NCBI GenBank assembly: GCA_964057225.1
Contig: OZ059900.1
Span: 23,126,001 to 23,190,000 of the forward strand
DNA length: 64,000 nt
Source of the DNA: Auanema rhodensis
Taxonomy: Eukaryota > Animalia > Nematoda
Direction: 5' to 3'
The position numbers and the translations under genes are program-made. The notes beneath the pieces were generated by a model. It was given only the letters and a program-made list of their open reading frames with translations, searched no databases and was not told the origin of the DNA. Numbering within the stretch: position 1 is the stretch's first letter; the number at the start of each line of letters is the position of its first letter. Of the stretch, positions 27,301-40,900 are shown piece after piece.

Positions 27301-29900
27301 GTGTTCAGCATGTAAAATGCTTCATTTTAGTATGTAACACGCTGAAATTCGTTGCATTTGACGACTCATATGAACAAAAATCGATTTAATCAATATTAGC
27401 CATAAGTGGCGTGCCCTCAGAATATGCTAATTTCCTTAATTTTCTAACCCCTGTTTTTTTGTCGTGAAAGTGGAACTAGACGTTGTACGAACAATTTTGA
27501 GCTAGGTTTCATTAACATTGCATGAGTTTGAACTCATGAAATCGTAAGTCAAAACCTTGTTTACAGCGAAAATTCCAAAAACTGGTTTTCCAGCATAATA
27601 AAATATTTCTCATGGGAAATACTGTGTTTTTGTATTTTTCTAGTGTTCAGCATGTAAAATGCCTCATTTTAGTATGTAACACGCTGAAATTCGTTGCATT
27701 TGACGACTCATATGAACAAAAATCGATTTAATCAATATTAGCCATAAGGGGCGTGCCCTCAGAATATGCTAATTTCCTTAATTTTCTAACCCCTGTTTTT
27801 TTGTCGTGAAAGTGGAACTAGACGTTGTACAAACAATTTTGAGCTAGATTTCATTAACATTGCATGAGTTTGAACACATGAAATCGTAAGTCAAAACCTT
27901 GTTTACAGCGAAATTTCCAAAAACTGGTTTTCCAGCATAATAAAATATTTCTCATGGGAAATACTGTGTTTTTGTATTTTTCTAGTGTTCAGCATGTAAA
28001 ATGCCTCATTTTAGTATGTAACACGCTGAAATTCGTTGCATTTGACGACTCATATGAACAAAAATCGATTTAATCAATATTAGCCATAAGGGGCGTGCCC
28101 TCAGAATATGCTAATTTCCTTAATTTTCTAACCCCTGTTTTTTTGTCGTGAAAGTGGAATTAGACGTTGTACGAACAATTTTGAGCTAGGTTTCATTGAC
28201 ATTGCATGAGTTTGAACACATGAAATCGTAAGTCAAAACCTTGTTTGCAGCGAAATTTCCAAAAACTGGTTTTCCAGCATAATAAAATATTTCTCATGGG
28301 AAATACTGTGTTTTTGTATTTTTCTAGTGTTCAGCATGTAAAATGCTTCATTTTAGTATGTAACACGCTGAAATTCGTTGCATTTGACGACTCATATGAA
28401 CAAAAATCGATTTAATCAATATTAGCCATAAGGGGCGTGCCCTCAGAATATGCTAATTTCCTTAATTTTCTAACCCCTGTTTTTTTGTCGTGAAAGTGGA
28501 ACTAGACGTTGTACGAACAATTTTGAGCTAGGTTTCATTGACATTGCATGAGTTTGAACTCATGAAATCGTAAGTCAAAACCTTGTTTACAGCGAAAATT
28601 CCAAAAACTGGTTTCCAGCATAATAAAATTTTTCTCATGGGAAATACTGTGTTTTTGTATTTTTCTAGTGTTCAGCATGTAAAATGCTTCATTTTAGTAT
28701 GTAACACGCTGAAATTCGTTGCATTTGACGACTCATATGAACAAAAATCGATTTAATCAATATTAGCCATAAGTGGCGTGCCCTCAGAATATGCTAATTT
28801 CCTTAATTTTCTAACCCCTGTTTTTTTGTCGTGAAAGTGGAACTAGACGTTGTACGAACAATTTTGAGCTAGGTTTCATTAACATTGCATGAGTTTGAAC
28901 TCATGAAATCGTAAGTCAAAACCTTGTTTACAGCGAAAATTCCAAAAACTGGTTTTCCAGCATAATAAAATATTTCTCATGGGAAATACTGTGTTTTTGT
29001 ATTTTTCTAGTGTTCAGCATGTAAAATGCCTCATTTTAGTATGTAACACGCTGAAATTCGTTGCATTTGACGACTCATATGAACAAAAATCGATTTAATC
29101 AATATTAGCCATAAGGGGCGTGCCCTCAGAATATGCTAATTTCCTTAATTTTCTAACCCCTGTTTTTTTGTCGTGAAAGTGGAACTAGACGTTGTACAAA
29201 CAATTTTGAGCTAGATTTCATTAACATTGCATGAGTTTGAACACATGAAATCGTAAGTCAAAACCTTGTTTACAGCGAAATTTCCAAAAACTGGTTTTCC
29301 AGCATAATAAAATATTTCTCATGGGAAATACTGTGTTTTTGTATTTTTCTAGTGTTCAGCATGTAAAATGCCTCATTTTAGTATGTAACACGCTGAAATT
29401 CGTTGCATTTGACGACTCATATGAACAAAAATCGATTTAATCAATATTAGCCATAAGGGGCGTGCCCTCAGAATATGCTAATTTCCTTAATTTTCTAACC
29501 CCTGTTTTTTTGTCGTGAAAGTGGAATTAGACGTTGTACGAACAATTTTGAGCTAGGTTTCATTGACATTGCATGAGTTTGAACACATGAAATCGTAAGT
29601 CAAAACCTTGTTTGCAGCGAAATTTCCAAAAACTGGTTTTCCAGCATAATAAAATATTTCTCATGGGAAATACTGTGTTTTTGTATTTTTCTAGTGTTCA
29701 GCATGTAAAATGCTTCATTTTAGTATGTAACACGCTGAAATTCGTTGCATTTGACGACTCATATGAACAAAAATCGATTTAATCAATATTAGCCATAAGG
29801 GGCGTGCCCTCAGAATATGCTAATTTCCTTAATTTTCTAACCCCTGTTTTTTTGTCGTGAAAGTGGAACTAGACGTTGTACGAACAATTTTGAGCTAGGT
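21380..29900. repeat. Satellite sub-domain with its own variant set and variable 2/6/8/4-monomer HORs
   Basis: Alleles concentrated here: gaacTcatg, ctggtttccag (1-bp deletion), aagTggcgt, cattAacatt, aatgcCtcat, tttGcagcg, ctagAtttc. The marker aagTggcg sits at ~21943, ~22625, ~24674, ~27407 and ~28774 (gaps 682, 2049, 2733, 1367). Confidence 0.85.
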
Positions 29901-30399
29901 TTCATTGACATTGCATGAGTTTGAACACATGAAATCGTAAGTCAAAACCTTGTTTACAGCGAAATTTCCAAAAACTGGTTTTCCAGCATAATAAAATATT
30001 TCTCATGGGAAATACTGTGTTTTTGTATTTTTCTAGTGTTCAGCATGTAAAATGCTTCATTTTAGTATGTAACACGCTGAAATTCGTTGCATTTGACGAC
30101 TCATATGAACAAAAATCGATTTAATCAATATTAGCCATAAGGGGCGTGCCCTCAGAATATGCTAATTTCCTTAATTTTCTAACCCCTGTTTTTTTGTCGT
30201 GAAAGTGGAACTAGACGTTTTACAAACAATTTTGAGCTAGGTTTCATTGACATTGCATGAGTTTGAACACATGAAATCGTAAGTCAAAACCTTGTTTACA
30301 GCGAAATTTCCAAAAACTGGTTTTCCAGCATAATAAAATATTTCTCATTTGAAATACTGTGTTTTTGTATTTTTCTAGTGTTCAACATGTAAAATGCTT

Positions 30400-33300
30400 C
30401 ATTTTAGTATGTAACACGCTGAAATTCGTTGCATTTGACGACTCATATGAACAAAAATCGATTTAATCAAAATTAGCCATAAGGGGCGTGCCCTCAGAAT
30501 ATGCTAATTTCCTTAATTTTCTAACCCCTGTTTTTTGTCGTGAAAGTGGAACTAGACGTTGTAGGAACAATTTTGAGCTAGGTTTCATTGACATTGCATG
30601 AGTTTGAACACATGAAATCGTAAGTCAAAACCTTGTTTACAGCGAAATTTCCAAAAACTGGTTTTCCAGCATAATAAAATATTTCTCATGGGAAAAACTG
30701 TGTTTTCGTATTTTTCTAGTGTTCAGCATGTAAAATGCTTCATTTTAGTATGTAACACGCTGAAATTCGTTGCATTTGACGACTCATATGAACAAAAATC
30801 GATTTAATCAATATTAGCCATAAGGGGCGTGCCCTCAGAATATGCTAATTTCCTTAATTTTCTAACCCCTGTTTTTTGTCGTGAAAGTGGAACTAGACGT
30901 TGTAGGAACAATTTTGAGCTAGGTTTCATTGACATTGCATGAGTTTGAACACATGAAATCGTAAGTCAAAACCTTGTTTACAGCGAAATTTCCAAAAACT
31001 GGTTTTCCAGCATAATAAAATATTTCTCATGGGAAATACTGTGTTTTTGTATTTTTCTAGTGTTCAGCATGTAAAATACTTCATTTGAGTATGTAACACG
31101 CTGAAATTCGTTGCATTTGACGACTCATATGAACAAAAATCGATTTAATCAATATTAGCCATAAGGGGCGTGCCCTCAGAATATGCTAATTTCCTAAATT
31201 TTCTAACCCCTGTTTTTTTGTCGTGAAAGTGGAACTAGACGTTGTAAGAACAATTTTGAGCTAGGTTTCATTGACATTGCATGAGTTTGAACACATGAAA
31301 TCGTAAGTCAAACCTTGTTTACAGCGAAATTTCCAAAAACTGGTTTTCCAGCATAATAAAATATTTCTCATGGGAAATACTGTGTTTTTGTATTTTTCTA
31401 GTGTTCAGCATGTGAAATGCTTCATTTTAGTATGTAACACGCTGAAATTCGTTGCATTTGACTACTCATATGAACAAAAATCGATTTAATCAATATTAGC
31501 CATAAGGGGCGTGCCCTCAGAATATGCTAATTTCCTTAATTTTCTAACCCCTGTTTTTTTGTCGTGAAAGTGGAACTAGACGTTGTACAAACAATTTTGA
31601 GCTAGGTTTCATTGACATTGCATGAGTTTGAACACATGAAATCGTAAGTCAAAACCTCGTTTACAGCGAAAATTCCAAAAACTGGTTTTCCAGCATAATA
31701 AAATATTTCTCATGAGAAATACTGTGTTTTTGTATTTTTCTAGTGTTCAGCATGTAAAATGCTTCATTTTAGTATGTAACACGCTGAAATTCGTTGCATT
31801 TGACGACTCATATGAACAAAAATCGTTTAAATCAATATTAGCCATAAGGGGCGTGCCCTCAGAATATGCTAATTTCCTTAATTTTCTAACCCCTGTTTTT
31901 TTGTCGTGAAAGTGGAACTAGACGTTGTACAAACAATTTTGAGCTAGGTTTCATTGACATTGCATGAGTTTGAACACATGAAATCGTAAGTCAAATCCTT
32001 GTTTACAGCGAAATTTCCAAAAACTGGTTTTCCAGCATAATAAAATATTTCTCATGAGAAATACTGTGTTTTTGTATTTTTCTAGTGTTCAGCATGTAAA
32101 ATGCTTCATTTTAGTATGTAACACGCTGAAATTCGTTGCATTTGACGACTCATATGAACAAAAATCGTTTAAATCAATATTAGCCATAAGGGGCGTGCCC
32201 TCAGAATATGCTAATTTCCTTAATTTTCTAACCCCTGTTTTTTTGTCGTGAAAGTGGAACTAGACGTTGTACAAACAATTTTGAGCTAGGTTTCATTGAC
32301 ATTGCATGAGTTTGAACACATGAAATCGTAAGTCAAATCCTTGTTTACAGCGAAATTTCCAAAAACTGGTTTTCCAGCATAATAAAATATTTCTCATGGG
32401 AAATACTGTGTTTTTGTATTTTTCTAGTGTTCAGCATGTGAAATGCTTCATTTTAGTATGTAACACGCTGAAATTCGTTGCATTTGACGACTCATATGAA
32501 CAAAAATCGTTTAAATCAATATTAGCCATAAGGGGCGTGCCCTCAGAATATGCTAATTTCCTTAATTTTCTAACCCCTGTTTTTTTGTCGTGAAAGTGGA
32601 ACTAGACGTTGTACAAACAATTTTGAGCTAGGTTTCATTGACATTGCATGAGTTTGAACACATGAAATCGTAAGTCAAAACCTTGTTTACAGCGAAATTT
32701 CCAAAAACTGTTTTTCCAGCATAATAAAATATTTCTCATGGGAAATACTGTGTTTTTGTACTTTTCTAGTGTTCAGCATGTAAAATGCTTCATTTTAGTA
32801 TGTAACACGCTGAAATTCGTTGCATTTGACGACTCATATGAACAAAAATCGATTTAATCAAAATTAGCCATAAGGGGCGTGCCCTCAGAATATGCTAATT
32901 TCCTTAATTTTCTAACCCCTGTTTTTTGTCGTGAAAGTGGAACTAGACGTTGTAGGAACAATTTTGAGCTAGGTTTCATTGACATTGCATGAGTTTGAAC
33001 ACATGAAATCGTAAGTCAAAACCTTGTTTACAGCGAAATTTCCAAAAACTGGTTTTCCAGCATAATAAAATATTTCTCATGGGAAAAACTGTGTTTTCGT
33101 ATTTTTCTAGTGTTCCGCATGTAAAATGCTTCATTTTAGTATGTAACACGCTGAAATTCGTTGCATTTGACGACTCATATGAACAAAAATCGATTTAATC
33201 AATATTAGCCATAAGGGGCGTGCCCTCAGAATATGCTAATTTCCTTAATTTTCTAACCCCTGTTTTTTGTCGTGAAAGTGGAACTAGACGTTGTAGGAAC

Positions 33301-34900
33301 AATTTTGAGCTAGGTTTCATTGACATTGCATGAGTTTGAACACATGAAATCGTAAGTCAAAACCTTGTTTACAGCGAAATTTCCAAAAACTGGTTTTCCA
33401 GCATAATAAAATATTTCTCATGGGAAATACTGTGTTTTTGTATTTTTCTAGTGTTCAGCATGTAAAATACTTCATTTGAGTATGTAACACGCTGAAATTC
33501 GTTGCATTTGACGACTCATATGAACAAAAATCGATTTAATCAATATTAGCCATAAGGGGCGTGCCCTCAGAATATGCTAATTTCCTAAATTTTCTAACCC
33601 CTGTTTTTTTGTCGTGAAAGTGGAACTAGACGTTGTAAGAACAATTTTGAGCTAGGTTTCATTGACATTGCATGAGTTTGAACACATGAAATCGTAAGTC
33701 AAACCTTGTTTACAGCGAAATTTCCAAAAACTGGTTTTCCAGCATAATAAAATATTTCTCATGGGAAATACTGTGTTTTTGTATTTTTCTAGTGTTCAGC
33801 ATGTAAAATGCTTCATTTTAGTATGTAACACGCTGAAATTCGTTGCATTTGACGACTCATATGAACAAAAATCGATTTAATCAAAATTAGCCATAAGGGG
33901 CGTGCCCTCAGAATATGCTAATTTCCTTAATTTTCTAACCCCTGTTTTTTGTCGTGAAAGTGGAACTAGACGTTGTAGGAACAATTTTGAGCTAGGTTTC
34001 ATTGACATTGCATGAGTTTGAACACATGAAATCGTAAGTCAAAACCTTGTTTACAGCGAAATTTCCAAAAACTGGTTTTCCAGCATAATAAAATATTTCT
34101 CATGGGAAAAACTGTGTTTTCGTATTTTTCTAGTGTTCAGCATGTAAAATGCTTCATTTTAGTATGTAACACGCTGAAATTCGTTGCATTTGACGACTCA
34201 TATGAACAAAAATCGATTTAATCAATATTAGCCATAAGGGGCGTGCCCTCAGAATATGCTAATTTCCTTAATTTTCTAACCCCTGATTTTTGTCGTGAAA
34301 GTGGAACTAGACGTTGTAGGAACAATTTTGAGCTAGGTTTCATTGACATTGCATGAGTTTGAACACATGAAATCGTAAGTCAAAACCTTGTTTACAGCGA
34401 AATTTCCAAAAACTGGTTTTCCAGCATAATAAAATATTTCTCATGGGAAATACTGTGTTTTTGTATTTTTCTAGTGTTCAGCATGTAAAATACTTCATTT
34501 GAGTATGTAACACGCTGAAATTCGTTGCATTTGACGACTCATATGAACAAAAATCGATTTAATCAATATTAGCCATAAGGGGCGTGCCCTCAGAATATGC
34601 TAATTTCCTAAATTTTCTAACCCCTGTTTTTTTGTCGTGAAAGTGGAACTAGACGTTGTAAGAACAATTTTGAGCTAGGTTTCATTGACATTGCATGAGT
34701 TTGAACACATGAAATCGTAAGTCAAACCTTGTTTACAGCGAAATTTCCAAAAACTGGTTTTCCAGCATAATAAAATATTTCTCATGGGAAATACTGTGTT
34801 TTTGTATTTTTCTAGTGTTCAGCATGTGAAATGCTTCATTTTAGTATGTAACACGCTGAAATTCGTTGCATTTGACTACTCATATGAACAAAAATCGATT
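30400..34900. repeat. Three-monomer cassette repeated at spacings of 7 and then 3 monomers
   Basis: tcaaAattag (~30471, ~32862, ~33885), gtgttttCgta (~30707, ~33098, ~34121), catttGagta (~31087, ~33478, ~34501), gttgtaAgaa (~31247, ~33638, ~34661); gaps 2391 and 1023. Confidence 0.85.
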
Positions 34901-37900
34901 TAATCAATATTAGCCATAAGGGGCGTGCCCTCAGAATATGCTAATTTCCTTAATTTTCTAACCCCTGTTTTTTTGTCGTGAAAGTGGAACTAGACGTTGT
35001 ACAAACAATTTTGAGCTAGGTTTCATTGACATTGCATGAGTTTGAACACATGAAATCGTAAGTCAAAACCTCGTTTACAGCGAAAATTCCAAAAACTGGT
35101 TTTCCAGCATAATAAAATATTTCTCATGAGAAATACTGTGTTTTTGTATTTTTCTAGTGTTCAGCATGTAAAATGCTTCATTTTAGTATGTAACACGCTG
35201 AAATTCGTTGCATTTGACGACTCATATGAACAAAAATCGTTTAAATCAATATTAGCCATAAGGGGCGTGCCCTCAGAATATGCTAATTTCCTTAATTTTC
35301 TAACCCCTGTTTTTTTGTCGTGAAAGTGGAACTAGACGTTGTACAAACAATTTTGAGCTAGGTTTCATTGACATTGCATGAGTTTGAACACATGAAATCG
35401 TAAGTCAAATCCTTGTTTACAGCGAAATTTCCAAAAACTGGTTTTCCAGCATAATAAAATATTTCTCATGGGAAATACTGTGTTTTTGTATTTTTCTAGT
35501 GTTCAGCATGTGAAATGCTTCATTTTAGTATGTAACACGCTGAAATTCGTTGCATTTGACGACTCATATGAACAAAAATCGTTTAAATCAATATTAGCCA
35601 TAAGGGGCGTGCCCTCAGAATATGCTAATTTCCTTAATTTTCTAACCCCTGTTTTTTTGTCGTGAAAGTGGAACTAGACGTTGTACAAACAATTTTGAGC
35701 TAGGTTTCATTGACATTGCATGAGTTTGAACACATGAAATCGTAAGTCAAAACCTTGTTTACAGCGAAATTTCCAAAAACTGTTTTTCAAGCATAATAAA
35801 ATATTTCTCATGGGAAATACTGTGTTTTTGTACTTTTCTAGTGTTCAGCATGTAAAATGCTTCATTTTAGTATGTAACACGCTGAAATTCGTTGCATTTG
35901 ACTACTCATATGAACAAAAATCGATTTAATCAATATTAGCCATAAGGGGCGTGCCCTCAGAATATGCTAATTTCCTTAATTTTCTAACCCCTGTTTTTTT
36001 GTCGTGAAAGTGGAACTAGACGTTGTACAAACAATTTTGAGCTAGGTTTCATTGACATTGCATGAGTTTGAACACATGAAATCGTAAGTCAAAACCTCGT
36101 TTACAGCGAAAATTCCAAAAACTGGTTTTCCAGCATAATAAAATATTTCTCATGAGAAATACTGTGTTTTTGTATTTTTCTAGTGTTCAGCATGTAAAAT
36201 GCTTCATTTTAGTATGTAACACGCTGAAATTCGTTGCATTTGACGACTCATATGAACAAAAATCGTTTAAATCAATATTAGCCATAAGGGGCGTGCCCTC
36301 AGAATATGCTAATTTCCTTAATTTTCTAACCCCTGTTTTTTTGTCGTGAAAGTGGAACTAGACGTTGTACAAACAATTTTGAGCTAGGTTTCATTGACAT
36401 TGCATGAGTTTGAACACATGAAATCGTAAGTCAAAACCTTGTTTACAGCGAAATTTCCAAAAACTGGTTTTCCAGCATAATAAAATATTTCTCATGGGAA
36501 AAACTGTGTTTTCGTATTTTTCTAGTGTTCAGCATGTAAAATGCTTCATTTTAGTATGTAACACGCTGAAATTCGTTGCATTTGACGACTCATATGAACA
36601 AAAATCGATTTAATCAATATTAGCCATAAGGGGCGTGCCCTCAGAATATGCTAATTTCCTTAATTTTCTAACCCCTGTTTTTTGTCGTGAAAGTGGAACT
36701 AGACGTTGTAGGAACAATTTTGAGCTAGGTTTCATTGACATTGCATGAGTTTGAACACATGAAATCGTAAGTCAAAACCTTGTTTACAGCGAAATTTCCA
36801 AAAACTGGTTTTCCAGCATAATAAAATATTTCTCATGGGAAATACTGTGTTTTTGTATTTTTCTAGTGTTCAGCATGTGAAATGCTTCATTTTAGTATGT
36901 AACACGCTGAAATTCGTTGCATTTGACTACTCATATGAACAAAAATCGATTTAATCAATATTAGCCATAAGGGGCGTGCCCTCAGAATATGCTAATTTCC
37001 TTAATTTTCTAACCCCTGTTTTTTTTTCGTGAAAGTGGAACTAGACGTTGTACAAACAATTTTGAGCTAGGTTTCATTGACATTGCATGAGTTTGAACAC
37101 ATGAAATCGTAAGTCAAAACCTCGTTTACAGCGAAAATTCCAAAAACTGGTTTTCCAGCATAATAAAATATTTCTCATGAGAAATACTGTGTTTTTGTAT
37201 TTTTCTAGTGTTCAGCATGTAAAATGCTTCATTTTAGTATGTAACACGCTGAAATTCGTTGCATTTGACGACTCATATGAACAAAAATCGTTTAAATCAA
37301 TATTAGCCATAAGGGGCGTGCCCTCAGAATATGCTAATTTCCTTAATTTTCTAACCCCTGTTTTTTTGTCGTGAAAGTGGAACTAGACGTTGTACAAACA
37401 ATTTTGAGCTAGGTTTCATTGACATTGCATGAGTTTGAACACATGAAATCGTAAGTCAAATCCTTGTTTACAGCGAAATTTCCAAAAACTGGTTTTCCAG
37501 CATAATAAAATATTTCTCATGGGAAATACTGTGTTTTTGTATTTTTCTAGTGTTCAGCATGTGAAATGCTTCATTTTAGTATGTAACACGCTGAAATTCG
37601 TTGCATTTGACGACTCATATGAACAAAAATCGTTTAAATCAATATTAGCCATAAGGGGCGTGCCCTCAGAATATGCTAATTTCCTTAATTTTCTAACCCC
37701 TGTTTTTTTGTCGTGAAAGTGGAACTAGACGTTGTACAAACAATTTTGAGCTAGGTTTCATTGACATTGCATGAGTTTGAACACATGAAATCGTAAGTCA
37801 AAACCTTGTTTACAGCGAAATTTCCAAAAACTGTTTTTCCAGCATAATAAAATATTTCTCATGGGAAATACTGTGTTTTTGTACTTTTCTAGTGTTCAGC

Positions 37901-40900
37901 ATGTAAAATGCTTCATTTTAGTATGTAACACGCTGAAATTCGTTGCATTTGACTACTCATATGAACAAAAATCGATTTAATCAATATTAGCCATAAGGGG
38001 CGTGCCCTCAGAATATGCTAATTTCCTTAATTTTCTAACCCCTGTTTTTTTGTCGTGAAAGTGGAACTAGACGTTGTACAAACAATTTTGAGCTAGGTTT
38101 CATTGACATTGCATGAGTTTGAACACATGAAATCGTAAGTCAAAACCTCGTTTACAGCGAAAATTCCAAAAACTGGTTTTCCAGCATAATAAAATATTTC
38201 TCATGAGAAATACTGTGTTTTTGTATTTTTCTAGTGTTCAGCATGTAAAATGCTTCATTTTAGTATGTAACACGCTGAAATTCGTTGCATTTGACGACTC
38301 ATATGAACAAAAATCGTTTAAATCAATATTAGCCATAAGGGGCGTGCCCTCAGAATATGCTAATTTCCTTAATTTTCTAACCCCTGTTTTTTTGTCGTGA
38401 AAGTGGAACTAGACGTTGTACAAACAATTTTGAGCTAGGTTTCATTGACATTGCATGAGTTTGAACACATGAAATCGTAAGTCAAAACCTTGTTTACAGC
38501 GAAATTTCCAAAAACTGGTTTTCCAGCATAATAAAATATTTCTCATGGGAAATACTGTGTTTTTGTATTTTTCTAGTGTTCAGCATGTGAAATGCTTCAT
38601 TTTAGTATGTAACACGCTGAAATTCGTTGCATTTGACGACTCATATGAACAAAAATCGTTTAAATCAATATTAGCCATAAGGGGCGTGCCCTCAGAATAT
38701 GCTAATTTCCTTAATTTTCTAACCCCTGTTTTTTTGTCGTGAAAGTGGAACTAGACGTTGTACAAACAATTTTGAGCTAGGTTTCATTGACATTGCATGA
38801 GTTTGAACACATGAAATCGTAAGTCAAAACCTTGTTTACAGCGAAATTTCCAAAAACTGTTTTTCCAGCATAATAAAATATTTCTCATGGGAAATACTGT
38901 GTTTTTGTACTTTTCTAGTGTTCAGCATGTAAAATGCTTCATTTTAGTATGTAACACGCTGAAATTCGTTGCATTTGACTACTCATATGAACAAAAATCG
39001 ATTTAATCAATATTAGCCATAAGGGGCGTGCCCTCAGAATATGCTAATTTCCTTAATTTTCTAACCCCTGTTTTTTTGTCGTGAAAGTGGAACTAGACGT
39101 TGTACAAACAATTTTGAGCTAGGTTTCATTGACATTGCATGAGTTTGAACACATGAAATCGTAAGTCAAAACCTCGTTTACAGCGAAAATTCCAAAAACT
39201 GGTTTTCCAGCATAATAAAATATTTCTCATGAGAAATACTGTGTTTTTGTATTTTTCTAGTGTTCAGCATGTAAAATGCTTCATTTTAGTATGTAACACG
39301 CTGAAATTCGTTGCATTTGACGACTCATATGAACAAAAATCGTTTAAATCAATATTAGCCATAAGGGGCGTGCCCTCAGAATATGCTAATTTCCTTAATT
39401 TTCTAACCCCTGTTTTTTTGTCGTGAAAGTGGAACTAGACGTTGTACAAACAATTTTGAGCTAGGTTTCATTGACATTGCATGAGTTTGAACACATGAAA
39501 TCGTAAGTCAAAACCTTGTTTACAGCGAAATTTCCAAAAACTGGTTTTCCAGCATAATAAAATATTTCTCATGGGAAATACTGTGTTTTTGTATTTTTCT
39601 AGTGTTCAGCATGTGAAATGCTTCATTTAAGTATGTAACACGCTGAAATTCGTTGCATTTGACGACTCATATGAACAAAAATCGTTTAAATCAATATTAG
39701 CCATAAGGGGCGTGCCCTCAGAATATGCTAATTTCCTTAATTTTCTAACCCCTGTTTTTTTGTCGTGAAAGTGGAACTAGACGTTGTACAAACAATTTTG
39801 AGCTAGGTTTCATTGACATTGCATGAGTTTGAACACATGAAATCGTAAGTCAAAACCTTGTTTACAGCGAAATTTCCAAAAACTGTTTTTCCAGCATAAT
39901 AAAATATTTCTCATGGGAAATACTGTGTTTTTGTACTTTTCTAGTGTTCAGCATGTAAAATGGTTCATTTTAGTATGTAACACGCTGAAATTCGTTGCAT
40001 TTGACTACTCATATGAACAAAAATCGATTTAATCAATATTAGCCATAAGGGGCGTGCCCTCAGAATATGCTAATTTCCTTAATTTTCTAACCCCTGTTTT
40101 TTTGTCGTGAAAGTGGAACTAAACGTTGTACAAACAATTTTGAGCTAGGTTTCATTGACATTGCATGAGTTTGAACACATGAAATCGTAAGTCAAAACCT
40201 TGTTTACAGCGAAATTTCCAAAAACTGGTTTTCCAGCATAATAAAATATTTCTCATGGGAAATACTGTGTTTTTGTATTTTTCTAGTGTTCAGCATGTAA
40301 AATACTTCATTTAAGTATGTAACACGCTGAAATTCGTTGCATTTGACGACTCATATGAACAAAAATCGATTTAATCAATATTAGCCATAAGGGGCGTGCC
40401 CTCAGAATATGCTAATTTCCTAAATTTTCTAACCCCTGTTTTTTTGTCGTGAAAGTGGAACTAGACGTTGTACAAACAATTTTGAGCTAGGTTTCATTGA
40501 CATTGCATGAGTTTGAACACATGAAATCGTAAGTCAAAACCTTGTTTACAGCGAAATTTCCAAAAACTGGTTTTCCAGCATAATAAAATATTTCTCATGA
40601 GAAATACTGTGTTTTTGTATTTTTCTAGTGTTCAGCATGTAAAATGCTTCATTTTAGTATGTAACACGCTGAAATTCGTTGCATTTGACGACTCATATGA
40701 ACAAAAATCGATTTAATCAATATTAGCCATAAGGGGCGTGCCCTCAGAATATGCTAATTTCCTTAATTTTCTAACCCCTGTTTTTTGTCGTGAAAGTGGA
40801 ACTAAACGTTGTAGGAACAATTTTGAGCTAGGTTTCATTGACATTGCATGAGTTTGAACACATGAAATCGTAAGTCAAAACCTTGTTTACAGCGAAATTT

